Source of the DNA: a virus
Lineage: Duplodnaviria > Caudoviricetes
DNA: 46,665 nucleotides
IMG/VR virus record: IMGVR_UViG_3300017788_001560
Location: 1-46,665 of that record
Reading direction: 5' to 3' (one strand)
Under the pieces are notes generated by a model that saw nothing but the letters and a program-made list of their open reading frames with translations, was not told the DNA's origin and did no database searches. Position 1 is the first letter of the stretch. Each line of letters opens with the position of its first letter. Both the position numbers and the translations under genes were made by a program. Positions 36,747 through 46,646 of the stretch are shown one piece after another.

Positions 36747-38283
36747 AGGAAAACTGTATCCTTTTCAACAAGAAGCTTCTGAAGCCATGGTGGACCGTGG
36801 TCAAATGTTATTGGCGTTAGTCATGGGTGCTGGTAAGACCATTACAACCTTATCCGCTTTGGAAACCCTAAAAGACCAAGGAGAAATAAAGAAAGCTTTA
36901 ATTGTTGTACCTTCGTCACTCAAGTACCAATGGGAACGAGAAATTCAGAAGTTTACCGACTCTGTTTGCATTGTCATAGATGGGACAATCAGCACCAGGA
37001 AAAAACAATGGAGGGCATCACTTAGTGCCACTTATGTCATCGTCAATTCAGAATCATTAAAAAATGATTTGGCAGATTTTGAAAAACAGACGTTTGATGC
37101 AATGGTTGTTGACGAAGCCACAATTATTAAATCAGCTAAAGCTAGGCGTTCTCGTTTGATTAAGCGCATTGGCAAGAGGTATCACTATCGTTTTGCATTA
37201 ACGGGTCAACCAATAGAAAACCGTCCAGAAGAATTGTTTTCCATCATGGAGTTTGTTGACCCCAAAGTACTGGGTAAAGTTGACATCTTTGATAGGACTT
37301 TTATCGTAAGAGACAGGTTTGGTAAACCAAGTCGCTACCGCAATTTAAAACAACTACACAGAAGTATGGAAGGGGTAATGATTCGCAAGACGCGAGAGGA
37401 TATTGCTGATCAACTTCCACAAGTTGTACAACAAGTTATACCAGTTCCCTTTGACACGGCTGGTGCTGTTGTCTATAGAAAAATTGCTCATGACCTGTTG
37501 CAGTCAATTCAAAAGGCAATTTCTCAGACAGGAAGAGGGTTTGACCTTTGGAGCCACTATTACGGTTCTTCAGGAAACAAAGAAGCACAAGGTGACATTA
37601 TGTCAAAGTTAATTGTGTTGCGTATGTTCTGTGATAACCCAGAATTAGTTCACTGGTCAGCGAAAATGTACGCTGATGCGTCTAACGACCAAGGTAGCGA
37701 ATACGCAAACAAACTGGTTAATCAAGGCATTATGCCACCAACCTCCGGCACACCAAAGTTGGAGGCCGTGGTGCAGTACATTACAGATGTTTTAGAACAA
37801 TCCCCAAACAACAAAGTTGTTTTATTCTCGTTCTTTAAGGAGAACCTTAGACTAATTCAAAAAGCAACTAAGCAATTAACTAACAGCGTTTTGTTCATGG
37901 GCGGAATGACAATGCTGGATAGGGATTCATCCAAACAACAATTTACGCAAGACCCCAAGACACGTTTGTTTTTGTCCTCAGATGCGGGTGGTTACGGCGT
38001 TGACTTACCCGTTGCTAACTATCTAATCTCTTACGACCTGCCCTGGTCAGCAGGTAAGCTTGATCAAAGAGAAGCTCGTATCATCAGACTTTCCTCAGAA
38101 TTTCCGCATGTCAATGTTGTTTCATTTGTGATGAAAGGTAGCATTGAAGAACGACAATACGAAATGTTACAAGAAAAAAGAAATATTAACAAAGCGTTTA
38201 TTGATGGTGGATATGACACCAAAGGGGACTATAAACTTACTTTGGGAGCACTATCCGATTTCATAGCACATAGCGAGGTATGA
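36739..38283 (+). CDS. SNF2-family helicase/ATPase
   Basis: LYPFQ, MGAGKT, VVDEA, LTGQPIEN, AGGYGVDL, DLPWS...QREARIIR. Confidence 0.92.
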   Translation: MFKGKLYPFQQEASEAMVDRGQMLLALVMGAGKTITTLSALETLKDQGEIKKALIVVPSSLKYQWEREIQKFTDSVCIVIDGTISTRKKQWRASLSATYVIVNSESLKNDLADFEKQTFDAMVVDEATIIKSAKARRSRLIKRIGKRYHYRFALTGQPIENRPEELFSIMEFVDPKVLGKVDIFDRTFIVRDRFGKPSRYRNLKQLHRSMEGVMIRKTREDIADQLPQVVQQVIPVPFDTAGAVVYRKIAHDLLQSIQKAISQTGRGFDLWSHYYGSSGNKEAQGDIMSKLIVLRMFCDNPELVHWSAKMYADASNDQGSEYANKLVNQGIMPPTSGTPKLEAVVQYITDVLEQSPNNKVVLFSFFKENLRLIQKATKQLTNSVLFMGGMTMLDRDSSKQQFTQDPKTRLFLSSDAGGYGVDLPVANYLISYDLPWSAGKLDQREARIIRLSSEFPHVNVVSFVMKGSIEERQYEMLQEKRNINKAFIDGGYDTKGDYKLTLGALSDFIAHSEV

Positions 38284-38284
38284 C

Positions 38285-38704
38285 ATGAGCAAAATAATTA
38301 GACAACAACCTGAAACAACTTTTGATGAAACATACGTTAGTAAACTTGTTAGCGAGTTTCAAAACCATAAAGCAATGTTGGAGACAACACAAAAGCGTTT
38401 AGACGGGTTTAAAAAAGAATTGACCGAGATTCTTGATGCACACGGAAAACCCGACGACAAAGGAAACCTTTGGATCAATCTTCCAACATGCGAAATTAAA
38501 AGAGAACGTCGCATTTCCAAATCATTCAATGCGTCTGCAGCAGAAACCTGGGCAAAAGAAAATGGGTATTGGGATACGGTTAAAGAAGTTATTGAAACTA
38601 TTAGCGAAGACCTACTTCTTGGTCTAGCATGGGATAACGATGAACTTCAAGAAAAAGTTAAATCATTCTACGTGGAGAAGGAAACGTGGGCTTTAAAGGT
38701 GTAG
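38285..38704 (+). CDS. Hypothetical coiled-coil phage protein
   Basis: 139-aa ORF in the operon. Confidence 0.75.
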   Translation: MSKIIRQQPETTFDETYVSKLVSEFQNHKAMLETTQKRLDGFKKELTEILDAHGKPDDKGNLWINLPTCEIKRERRISKSFNASAAETWAKENGYWDTVKEVIETISEDLLLGLAWDNDELQEKVKSFYVEKETWALKV

Positions 38705-39111
38705 AGGATTACCCAGGAAAGCGCCCTCCAAAGAACAGGACGAAGCGTAAGCCAAAGAAGATTGACGACCCGTTTTTTGGAGTCAAGTCTTCTCATTACG
38801 TAATTAAAGGCGAACGCACTGAGGTGTTCACAATTGGACAATTAGCCAAGGTTTTAGGAAAGAAAACAATAACTGTTAGAACTTGGGAGAAGAAAGGAAT
38901 TATCCCAAAACCCATATACCGGACAGCACCCCCAGACGGAGGACAACTTCCTGGAGTAGAGTCAAAAGGAAGGAGGATTTATACACGTAAGCAGGTAGAC
39001 TTGATAGTGTTCGCAGTGAACACGATAATTGGAGATACACCACCAACTACCGTGACAGCTGAGAACTGGAATAAACTAAAGCAATACATAACAGACAACT
39101 GGAAAAAATAA
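38686..39111 (+). CDS. MerR-like HTH DNA-binding protein
   Basis: FTIGQLAKVLG...TVRTWEKKGIIP...RRIYT. Confidence 0.82.
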   Translation: MGFKGVEDYPGKRPPKNRTKRKPKKIDDPFFGVKSSHYVIKGERTEVFTIGQLAKVLGKKTITVRTWEKKGIIPKPIYRTAPPDGGQLPGVESKGRRIYTRKQVDLIVFAVNTIIGDTPPTTVTAENWNKLKQYITDNWKK

Positions 39112-39137
39112 AACACACACACAAAGGACAAAAACAA

Positions 39138-39857
39138 ATGCCAAATAAATACGACGATGACTTTGACACAGACGAAGTAGAGTTTGATTCGCCTGTCAAG
39201 GTTGCAACTAAGAAAGAATCCCTCACTCAAAAAGAGCGAGTAGAAACACCAGTGGCTAATCCTGGAAAGAAAAGCGTAATCAACCGTGGTTGGGGTGCAG
39301 CACAAAAAGTGCAAGAGTCAACTTCAGCGTTTGCTCAACGTTTCAAAGTCACGGAAGACCCACAAATTATTAAGTTCCTAGAGGACGAACCTTATGCATC
39401 GTTTCGCACACACTGGATTGATGGCCGTGCTGGTCAGAAATCTTTTGTTTGCTTGGCAGATCATCCTGAAGGTTGCCCACTTTGCGACGCTGGTAATCGC
39501 CCATCAACCAAGTTTGCTTTCAACATTGCAGTACTTGGGGAAGAAGGAGACTTGTCAGTTAAGTCATTTGAGGTTGGCGTTCGTTTGATTGACCAACTCA
39601 AGAACTTCCACACAAATCCACAGCAAGGTCCGTTGTCCAGACATTACTGGGCAGTATCAAAAACTGGTAAGGGCGCACAAACACAAACTATTCTTCAAAT
39701 GGTTCGTGAGCGTGATTTGTCAGAGTGGTCAATGGTTGGTTACACAGATGAAGATATGTCTGTGCTTAAGCGCAACTGCTACACACCTGAAATCATTTCA
39801 GTACCAACACGTTCAGAACTTTTGGACATCGCATCCGAAATTAACGACGCACGGTAA
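39138..39857 (+). CDS. Single-stranded DNA-binding protein (gp32-like)
   Basis: IIKFL, HW, FVC...CPLC, FNI, SKTGKG; adjacent to the polymerase. Confidence 0.7.
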   Translation: MPNKYDDDFDTDEVEFDSPVKVATKKESLTQKERVETPVANPGKKSVINRGWGAAQKVQESTSAFAQRFKVTEDPQIIKFLEDEPYASFRTHWIDGRAGQKSFVCLADHPEGCPLCDAGNRPSTKFAFNIAVLGEEGDLSVKSFEVGVRLIDQLKNFHTNPQQGPLSRHYWAVSKTGKGAQTQTILQMVRERDLSEWSMVGYTDEDMSVLKRNCYTPEIISVPTRSELLDIASEINDAR

Positions 39858-39860
39858 TCA

Positions 39861-41909
39861 ATGTATAAGACGGTAAACACCGTTGATGACTTAAAGCAAA
39901 TAGTAGATGTAGTCACGGAGTTTGGCTCATTTGCTTTTGACATTGAATCACGGGGTGTTCTTGAGCGTCATGATGATATAAATACACATTTTCAAAAAGA
40001 GTGTAAACAGCACATTGCGACGCTTAAGAACCCCAGTGAGGACATTGTTGAGAGGTCTACTGAAGCTATTCGTCAACGTTACTTAAAAGATCTTGCGGTC
40101 AATCCGCTTCGCAATGAAGTGTTTTGGTTAGGCATTGCGACACATGGACACTCATGGGCTATACCTATGGGGCATAAACTAGGAGAGGTTCTTGTACCAG
40201 AACAGCGTGGTGATGGAGCAACATTGCCACCTTTGGAATACCGAAAAGTTTTAAAGAACGGTAAAGTTTCAACAGCTAAAACAAAGTACTACATTCCTGC
40301 TGTTCACGCAGATCCTCCGGCTCAGTTATCTCGCTATGACGTGTTTGAGTGTCTACGCCCATTGTTTTTTGGCAATGCAGTAAAGGTAGGGCACAATGTA
40401 AAGTTTGACGCTTTATCTATTCAAAAGTATTACGGAGAATTACCACCAGGACCATATAGGGACACAATGGTTCTGCAACATATTTGCGATGAGAATATTT
40501 CAAGTTTTTCTTTAGTTAACTTAATTGCTCATAATTTTGGTGATCATGCTCCTTACGATAAAGAAGGAAAGCTTGGTAAAACAATTGATTTGGCGACATA
40601 CGGCGCCGCATCCCGTTATGTCCATTTAGATGTTCGTTGGACATGGATGTTGTATGTAAAGTTGATGGCTAAACTAAAGGCAGAATCTTCATTGCTGTCA
40701 GTAATGGAACAAGATATGGGTGTGCTTCAGGTATTGATGAGCATGGAACAAGAAGGCATAACCGTAGACGGTTACAACTTAAAAAATTTAAGAAAAGAAT
40801 TAGACGCAAAGTTAAACGACACTTTATTACTTTTATCAGAGTTTGCTTACCCTGGATTCAATCCAGATTCAAATAAGGACAAGCAATTGTTTTTATTTAA
40901 CAAAAAGCGAGACGGTGGGTTAGGTTTAAAGCCCACCAAGAAAACACCAAAAGGCGCACCATCAGTAGACACAGAGTCTCTGGAAAGTCTTCGGGGTAAG
41001 CATCCAGTCATACCTCTACTTCTTGAGTGGTCTGAAACACAGAAACTAAAAAACACCTATGTAGATGGTTTGTTGCCCAAACTTAATAATAACAAGCTAC
41101 ATCCCTCATTCAATTTACATAGAACAGCCACTGGGCGTTTGTCTTCGTCAGCTCCAAACCTTCAAAACATTCCACGCGACTCCAGCATTAGAAAACTTTT
41201 TGTACCACCAGATGGGTACACAATGTTGGTTGCTGACTACGATCAGATTGAGTTGCGCGTTATGGCCATGTTTAGTCAAGACGCTCGTTTACTTGAGATC
41301 TTCAAACACAACGAAGACATCCACTCAGCAACAGCCGCTGCTGTGTTTAAGAAAAGTGTTGAAAAAGTCACTTCTGAAGAACGACAAATCGGAAAGGGCG
41401 TAAACTTTCTAACGGCTTATGGCGGTGGTTCAAACAAACTTGCTAGAGTTACTGGCATAACACCAGAACATGCCGAAGAACTTTTGGCTTCATATTACAA
41501 GAGCTTCTCTGGGCTAACTAAATGGAAGCAGACGTCTATAGCTACAGCAACCAAAAAAGGATATGTTACAACACTTAGTGGAAGACGCAGACGATTACCT
41601 GATTTATCTTCTCGTTCGTCTGAATTAGTCTCAAGAGCACAACGACAAGCAATTAACGCAATTATTCAAGGAAGTGCTGCTGACATCTGTAAACAAGCCA
41701 TGATTGATGTTGACCATGCTTTTAAAGATACTAAAACAAAAATGCTTGTGCAGGTTCACGACGAACTAGTTGCCATCACTCCCGAAAATCAAGAAGAAAC
41801 ATCAATAAACACATTGGTCACCGCCATGGGTCATAATAGAGATATCATGGGAGTCACATTAAAAGTTTCGTGTCACTCGGCACGAAGTTGGGCGGAGGCA
41901 AAACAATGA
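39861..41909 (+). CDS. polA: Family A DNA polymerase with 3'-5' exonuclease
   Basis: AFDIE, HNVKFD, TGRLSS..PNLQNIP, DYDQIELR, KGVNFLTAYG, VHDE. Confidence 0.96.
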   Translation: MYKTVNTVDDLKQIVDVVTEFGSFAFDIESRGVLERHDDINTHFQKECKQHIATLKNPSEDIVERSTEAIRQRYLKDLAVNPLRNEVFWLGIATHGHSWAIPMGHKLGEVLVPEQRGDGATLPPLEYRKVLKNGKVSTAKTKYYIPAVHADPPAQLSRYDVFECLRPLFFGNAVKVGHNVKFDALSIQKYYGELPPGPYRDTMVLQHICDENISSFSLVNLIAHNFGDHAPYDKEGKLGKTIDLATYGAASRYVHLDVRWTWMLYVKLMAKLKAESSLLSVMEQDMGVLQVLMSMEQEGITVDGYNLKNLRKELDAKLNDTLLLLSEFAYPGFNPDSNKDKQLFLFNKKRDGGLGLKPTKKTPKGAPSVDTESLESLRGKHPVIPLLLEWSETQKLKNTYVDGLLPKLNNNKLHPSFNLHRTATGRLSSSAPNLQNIPRDSSIRKLFVPPDGYTMLVADYDQIELRVMAMFSQDARLLEIFKHNEDIHSATAAAVFKKSVEKVTSEERQIGKGVNFLTAYGGGSNKLARVTGITPEHAEELLASYYKSFSGLTKWKQTSIATATKKGYVTTLSGRRRRLPDLSSRSSELVSRAQRQAINAIIQGSAADICKQAMIDVDHAFKDTKTKMLVQVHDELVAITPENQEETSINTLVTAMGHNRDIMGVTLKVSCHSARSWAEAKQ

Positions 41910-42280
41910 CAACCACTCTTGATAAACGAAATTTTTGTTTAATGCTTTCGTCCATTACCGGACAAAGTGTTGCAAATCAACTAGGCTTTGCCCCAGTTTC
42001 AAAAGATGTTGAAGAGTTAGAAAATCAATTGATTGAAAATCAATGGGAGACATTACACGATTTTGGAATCTTTGATGAGATCGTGGAATCTGTTGAATGG
42101 TTCACTCAAGTATTGTCAACGACACAGCCCGAAATTCCAAAACCGTCTCTTGAAATGGTAGAGAGCACCAAGGCGGTCATCTTGTCTTACAGCATGGCGC
42201 TTGTTCAAAAACTATTGTCAAATGGCAAAGTTGCTTTGCTTGGGAATATTGCCTATGATGAAGAGCGCGAAGACGATTAA
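41906..42280 (+). CDS. Hypothetical protein (start moved to ATG 41906)
   Basis: GGAGG SD; ATGA overlap with the polA stop. Confidence 0.75.
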   Translation: MTTTLDKRNFCLMLSSITGQSVANQLGFAPVSKDVEELENQLIENQWETLHDFGIFDEIVESVEWFTQVLSTTQPEIPKPSLEMVESTKAVILSYSMALVQKLLSNGKVALLGNIAYDEEREDD

Positions 42281-42302
42281 CACAAAATGAGGTTTACACA
42301 AC

Positions 42303-42659
42303 ATGTCATCGTGGTGGGATAAAAAATTAAGTAACAAAGATCAGCAGGAAAGTTCTTCTTTGCCTCCGGTTACCAAAAATGTAATTCTTCCTGCCCTGCG
42401 CCAACAAACAACAACAGTTGCTGTTCAAGAACAAAGAGACCCCAATGGTCAAACAGATATGGGAACAGCAATAAGAACATGGAAGGGTGGGGAAGCCCAT
42501 CGCCGTGAAGGGTCTCTTACATGCCCACGTTGCGGTAGCAAAAACGTGTTTAGTAGGTCAAACGGTGGTACGCTAGGCCACACACCAGCACCGAGATGTT
42601 TTGAATGTGGGTGGAACGGTTTATACGAACAAGCAGACCAGTCATTATGGTCAGTATGA
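42303..42659 (+). CDS. Zn-ribbon protein
   Basis: CPRCGS...CFECGW. Confidence 0.7.
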   Translation: MSSWWDKKLSNKDQQESSSLPPVTKNVILPALRQQTTTVAVQEQRDPNGQTDMGTAIRTWKGGEAHRREGSLTCPRCGSKNVFSRSNGGTLGHTPAPRCFECGWNGLYEQADQSLWSV

Positions 42660-42669
42660 GGAACACAAA

Positions 42670-43692
42670 ATGGAAACTGATTACGAATCAATATCGGCAA
42701 TCATCAACAAGATAAACAAAAAACAAAACGACGTTTCAATTTTAAGAGCTGATGCTATGCACCAGCAACTAGAACGTACAACTACGGGAATTCTTGCCTA
42801 CGATTTGATGCTTGGTGGTGGGTGGCCTGCCAATCAATGGTCCGAAATAATTGGTGATGAGTCGTCGGGAAAGACGGCACTTGCGTTCAAAACTATTGCA
42901 GCAAACCAAGCACTTGACCCAGATTGGACAGCAGTTTGGGTAGCAGCAGAAGAATTTGTGCCCGACTACGCAAAATCAATTGGTGTTGATCTTTCCCGTT
43001 TGTGGGTCATTGAAACCAACAGTATGGAGCAAGCGTACAACTTGGTCATTGAACTTATGAAAAATCGTGCTGCTGATTGTATTGTGATTGACTCTTTACC
43101 AGCACTTGTACCAACGGATGAATCAGAGCGCATGATGGATGAGTTCACAGTTGGTTTGGGTGCTCGTATCACATCAAAGTTTTTCCGCAAAGCTTCAGAA
43201 GCACAGAAGCGTTCAATGGTAGAAAAAGAACGTTCATGCACTGGCTTGATGATTAACCAATGGCGTCAAAAGATTGGCGTAATGTGGGGAGACAGTAGGA
43301 CAACACCGGGTGGTCTTGCTAAGAACTTTAGTTACTTTGTTCGTGTTGAAGTCAGACGAGATGAATGGCTTAAAGAAAAAGACGAAATTGTAGGGCAAAC
43401 AATCAAAGCTCGTACTTTAAAGAACAAAACATACAAGCCATCACAACAAGCAGTTGTTGATTTTTATTTTACTGATGCCACAGGCTTTGCTAAAGGTTCT
43501 TTTGATACCTTAAAAGATATGATCAACATTGCAACAGTTATTGATGTCATCACTCGCTCAGGAGCGTATTACGCCTACGGCAGTCAAAAGTGGCAAGGCA
43601 AGGACAAGATGCTTGAGGCTTTTAGGGAAGACTTGTTTATGCAAAAAGAATTAAAGCATGACATTGAAGAGTATTACAAAGTGGTTAGATGA
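42670..43692 (+). CDS. recA: RecA/UvsX-like recombinase (start moved to ATG 42670)
   Basis: LGGGWP, EIIGDESSGKT, IVIDSLPAL, INQWRQKIG, TPGG. Confidence 0.95.
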   Translation: METDYESISAIINKINKKQNDVSILRADAMHQQLERTTTGILAYDLMLGGGWPANQWSEIIGDESSGKTALAFKTIAANQALDPDWTAVWVAAEEFVPDYAKSIGVDLSRLWVIETNSMEQAYNLVIELMKNRAADCIVIDSLPALVPTDESERMMDEFTVGLGARITSKFFRKASEAQKRSMVEKERSCTGLMINQWRQKIGVMWGDSRTTPGGLAKNFSYFVRVEVRRDEWLKEKDEIVGQTIKARTLKNKTYKPSQQAVVDFYFTDATGFAKGSFDTLKDMINIATVIDVITRSGAYYAYGSQKWQGKDKMLEAFREDLFMQKELKHDIEEYYKVVR

Positions 43693-44027
43693 CCATATTA
43701 GGAAGAGATCCTGATAAACATACAAGGATCATGAAGTCTTCTAAGAAACAAGAAAAGAGGACTGCAGACAAATACAAAGGTTCTAGAAACGCTCGTTCAG
43801 GAGCTGGTTGGCTTCGTAAGAATGACGTACGTAGCCATGAATATCTTATTGAAAACAAGTTGACTGAGAACAAAAAGACTATTACTCTTAAAGAAGTTGA
43901 TTTAAAAGAATTGAGAGATCGTGCGTTACTTGAAGATCGTGTACCTGTGTTGCAGTTTGACCTTGCTGGTCGTCGCTACGTGGTCATTGGTGAAGATGAT
44001 TTTTTGGAGATAACAACCGATGTCTGA
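43689..44027 (+). CDS. PD-(D/E)XK nuclease, Holliday-junction-resolvase-like
   Basis: QE...SGAG...NDV...LIENK. Confidence 0.7.
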   Translation: MTILGRDPDKHTRIMKSSKKQEKRTADKYKGSRNARSGAGWLRKNDVRSHEYLIENKLTENKKTITLKEVDLKELRDRALLEDRVPVLQFDLAGRRYVVIGEDDFLEITTDV

Positions 44028-44886
44028 CATGCGTAATTACAAGAATCTACTTAAGATGAACGGTAGGATTTTGCCAACTGTTGCAATTCAATTGTTAAAA
44101 AACAAGAAACAAAAAGACAAGAAAAGAGATACGTCTTTTTTTCATCCCAGCGAGCTATCAAAAAGAGATTGGTGTCCAAGGGCATCTTGGTACACAATTA
44201 AGAACGAAGTTAAGGCTGACGAGAACTTTTCTTTTCAACGTTTAAATGTTTTTGAAGAAGGTCATGCTATTCACCACAAATGGCAAACTTGGCTTTGGGA
44301 AGCAGGTGTATTAGAAGGTAATTTTCGTTGCGGGTCTTGCCACCATTTATGGTGGGATTTGTCTCCGGATCATTGCCCAGAATGTGGTTCAACCGTTGCA
44401 TTGAGTTATGCCGAAGTACCAGTTAAGGACGAAGAACACGGTATTAGAGGAAGTGCTGACGGGATTGTTTCGGACAAAAAGGGAAGAACTTTAATTGAAA
44501 TAAAATCCGTTGGAGTGGGCACGGTTCGTTTTGAAGATTTTGATTTGTACAAACAATATGAAGAAAACCCCAACATGGGCATTGACGGCTTGTGGAAAAA
44601 GATTCGCCAACCATTCCCCAGCCATGTTCGTCAAGGTATGTTGTATATGCATTGCACTGGCATACATGACTTGACTTTTATTTATGAATGGAAACCTTCT
44701 CAGGAAGTTAAAGAATTTTCAATTAAGTATTTGCCACATTTGGTTCAACCCATACTTGACAATTGCCGTATCTTGTTAGTAGCATTACAACAAAAGATTC
44801 CACCTATGCGACCAGCATGGGCAGAAGCAGAGACTTGCAATGGTTGTAAGTATTGTCCATATAAAAACACATGTTGGAGCAAATGA
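44020..44886 (+). CDS. Cas4-like/RecB-family exonuclease
   Basis: HPSEL...CPR, GHAIH, GSADG, IEIKS, Q..LYM, terminal CNGCKYCPYKNTC. Confidence 0.85.
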   Translation: MSDMRNYKNLLKMNGRILPTVAIQLLKNKKQKDKKRDTSFFHPSELSKRDWCPRASWYTIKNEVKADENFSFQRLNVFEEGHAIHHKWQTWLWEAGVLEGNFRCGSCHHLWWDLSPDHCPECGSTVALSYAEVPVKDEEHGIRGSADGIVSDKKGRTLIEIKSVGVGTVRFEDFDLYKQYEENPNMGIDGLWKKIRQPFPSHVRQGMLYMHCTGIHDLTFIYEWKPSQEVKEFSIKYLPHLVQPILDNCRILLVALQQKIPPMRPAWAEAETCNGCKYCPYKNTCWSK

Positions 44887-45368
44887 TGATTGTAGAAGAA
44901 ACACCAGAGATGAATAGGTTTTTGAAAACTTTTGCATTGCCTGAAAAACCACACAGCCTACTTCCAGTAGTTCCACGCAACCTTGGTGACATTTCAGAAG
45001 TTGAATTGATGTCTTTGTATTCCGAGTTTATGTCTTGGGTTAATTACGCCCAAGCACAGTTAATTGCTGCTGAGATCGTTGAAGAACGTGAATTAAACAC
45101 ATTTGAATATACAAAGGCTTGCATCTTGATTGAACAATGGGGGAACAAAATTAAAGGAGAGCTAGTAACTATTGCCAAAGCAAAGCGTGACGTAGAAGAA
45201 AAAGTGCAAAGCCAACAAGAAGCGTACACACAGGCACGTGCATACCGAAAACTTGTGGAAACAGTTTTTGAACGGTGCGAACGAGGTGCACAAGTTTTGT
45301 CAAGAGAGTTAAGTCGTCGCATCAGTCTTGCTCCAAAAGAAAACAGAGCTGCAAGGTTTATTGCCTAA
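44883..45368 (+). CDS. Helical protein, possible UvsY-like recombination mediator
   Basis: Long amphipathic helices, LSRELSRR; recombination cluster. Confidence 0.5.
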   Translation: MMIVEETPEMNRFLKTFALPEKPHSLLPVVPRNLGDISEVELMSLYSEFMSWVNYAQAQLIAAEIVEERELNTFEYTKACILIEQWGNKIKGELVTIAKAKRDVEEKVQSQQEAYTQARAYRKLVETVFERCERGAQVLSRELSRRISLAPKENRAARFIA

Positions 45369-45370
45369 TC

Positions 45371-45532
45371 ATGCAGATTCGCTGTAATTCTTGTGGCCAT
45401 ACTTTTTCCAACGATGATCGCAGAACCGTGGGGTGTTTGTGCGACAGCGACGCCCCAACTTGGATTGGCGTATCACCTGACAAACGGCTTATATTAATGA
45501 GCTATGCCAATTACGACATTTTGGAGGACTAG
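45371..45532 (+). CDS. Small Zn-ribbon protein
   Basis: MQIRCNSCG...CLC. Confidence 0.65.
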   Translation: MQIRCNSCGHTFSNDDRRTVGCLCDSDAPTWIGVSPDKRLILMSYANYDILED

Positions 45533-45894
45533 TGGGTAACAAGCACAAAGCAAAAGGTACTTCATTTGAAACTGCGATTGTTGGTTATCTGAAAGAACAA
45601 GATTTTATTAATGCCAGAAGAACAGCCTTGGCTGGGGAGAATGATTCTGGGGATATTCATGGAGTTAAACACCCCGATGCTACCGAGGTGGCAATTCAAT
45701 GCAAGAACCAAAAGTCATTTAAACTAAGCGAGTGGTTAAATGACACCGTAACCCAAGCGTCTAAGTTGCCAAAGGGATTACCTTTGTTGGTCGTAAAGCG
45801 CCCTGGAAAGGGGGCAGCGGCATTGGGTGAATCTTATGCCGTGATGCGCTTAGAAGACATGGTTGCATTGTTAAAATCTGCCAATTTTGCATAA
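45532..45894 (+). CDS. Hjc-like Holliday junction resolvase
   Basis: KAKGTSFE, GDI, IQCKN, LVVKR. Confidence 0.8.
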   Translation: MGNKHKAKGTSFETAIVGYLKEQDFINARRTALAGENDSGDIHGVKHPDATEVAIQCKNQKSFKLSEWLNDTVTQASKLPKGLPLLVVKRPGKGAAALGESYAVMRLEDMVALLKSANFA

Positions 45895-45939
45895 CATGGT
45901 AATATAGGCTTTCCGTATGATTTACAAACAGGAGTCTAT

Positions 45940-46230
45940 ATGTCACAAGAACTTAATCAAAAGGTTGAAGATGTTCTAAAAGTATCAGGTAGTAGCAACC
46001 CTCAAAGCGTTGGTTCTATTCTTGCCAGATCTATCATCGCTGGGCATCTCCCAAAGATTCGCGCCATTGGCGCAAGTGCTGTAAACCAAGCGGCAAAGGC
46101 GGCTGCAATCGCCCGTGGTTTTGTCGCCCCACGAGGTCTTGACCTTTATTTCATTATTGGGTTTGATGATATTATTGGAGAGAACGGAGAAAGCATTTCA
46201 GCAATCTCTTTTAAACCAGTATTGAGGTAG
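45940..46230 (+). CDS. spoVS: SpoVS family (Alba-like) protein
   Basis: LKVSGSSNPQSV, AIGASAVNQAAKAAAIARGFVAPRGLDL closely matches the SpoVS signature AIGAGALNQAVKAVAIARGFVAPSG. Confidence 0.92.
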   Translation: MSQELNQKVEDVLKVSGSSNPQSVGSILARSIIAGHLPKIRAIGASAVNQAAKAAAIARGFVAPRGLDLYFIIGFDDIIGENGESISAISFKPVLR

Positions 46231-46232
46231 AC

Positions 46233-46646
46233 ATGGGCATTATTTTTCACAGAAAACCCCACGGCGGACGTTATGACGACCCACACGGTGTAACAGCACC
46301 GCCACCGCCACCAGTAAAAGAAACAAAAGTTTATGGGGAACCTCCCGCTCCAACAAAGAGAGTCTCAATTTCTAGCACGCCACCTGCTTCAACTAAGGCA
46401 TCACGTAAAGCCGCAAAGAAAAGCCAGAAGGCCATTGAGAAGTCTGGCATTAACGATCCCGCTTATCGTGAAGCCTCTGCAAAACGTGGAAAACAATATA
46501 CACAGGCAAGGAAACAAGAAGAAATCCGTTTACGTTCTAATAAGACATATAAACAAGAGGCTAAACCAGGCGGCACGGAGAGAGCATACCTTGAAGGTGG
46601 TTTTGAAGGTATTGATGAATACCATCGTGGAGTACCAGAGATTTAA
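46233..46646 (+). CDS. Pro/Lys-rich hypothetical protein
   Basis: GAGG SD; low-complexity basic ORF. Confidence 0.7.
   Translation: MGIIFHRKPHGGRYDDPHGVTAPPPPPVKETKVYGEPPAPTKRVSISSTPPASTKASRKAAKKSQKAIEKSGINDPAYREASAKRGKQYTQARKQEEIRLRSNKTYKQEAKPGGTERAYLEGGFEGIDEYHRGVPEI

Noticed and set aside
39112-39123. (AC)n tract before the ssb gene
   Set aside because: Short; consistent with an unstructured A/C-rich leader
39950-40330. Long insertions in the PolA exonuclease domain as an intein
   Set aside because: No Cys/Ser start with His-Asn end and no homing-endonuclease motifs; TerL, DnaB and RecA are also of normal length
44020-44886. Cas4-like gene as a sign of a CRISPR system
   Set aside because: No repeat-spacer array or other cas genes; solo Cas4-like nucleases are common in phage recombination clusters
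250-45946. Minus-strand and nested alternative-frame ORFs in the track
   Set aside because: All are short shadows of well-supported + strand genes, without recognisable motifs or SDs
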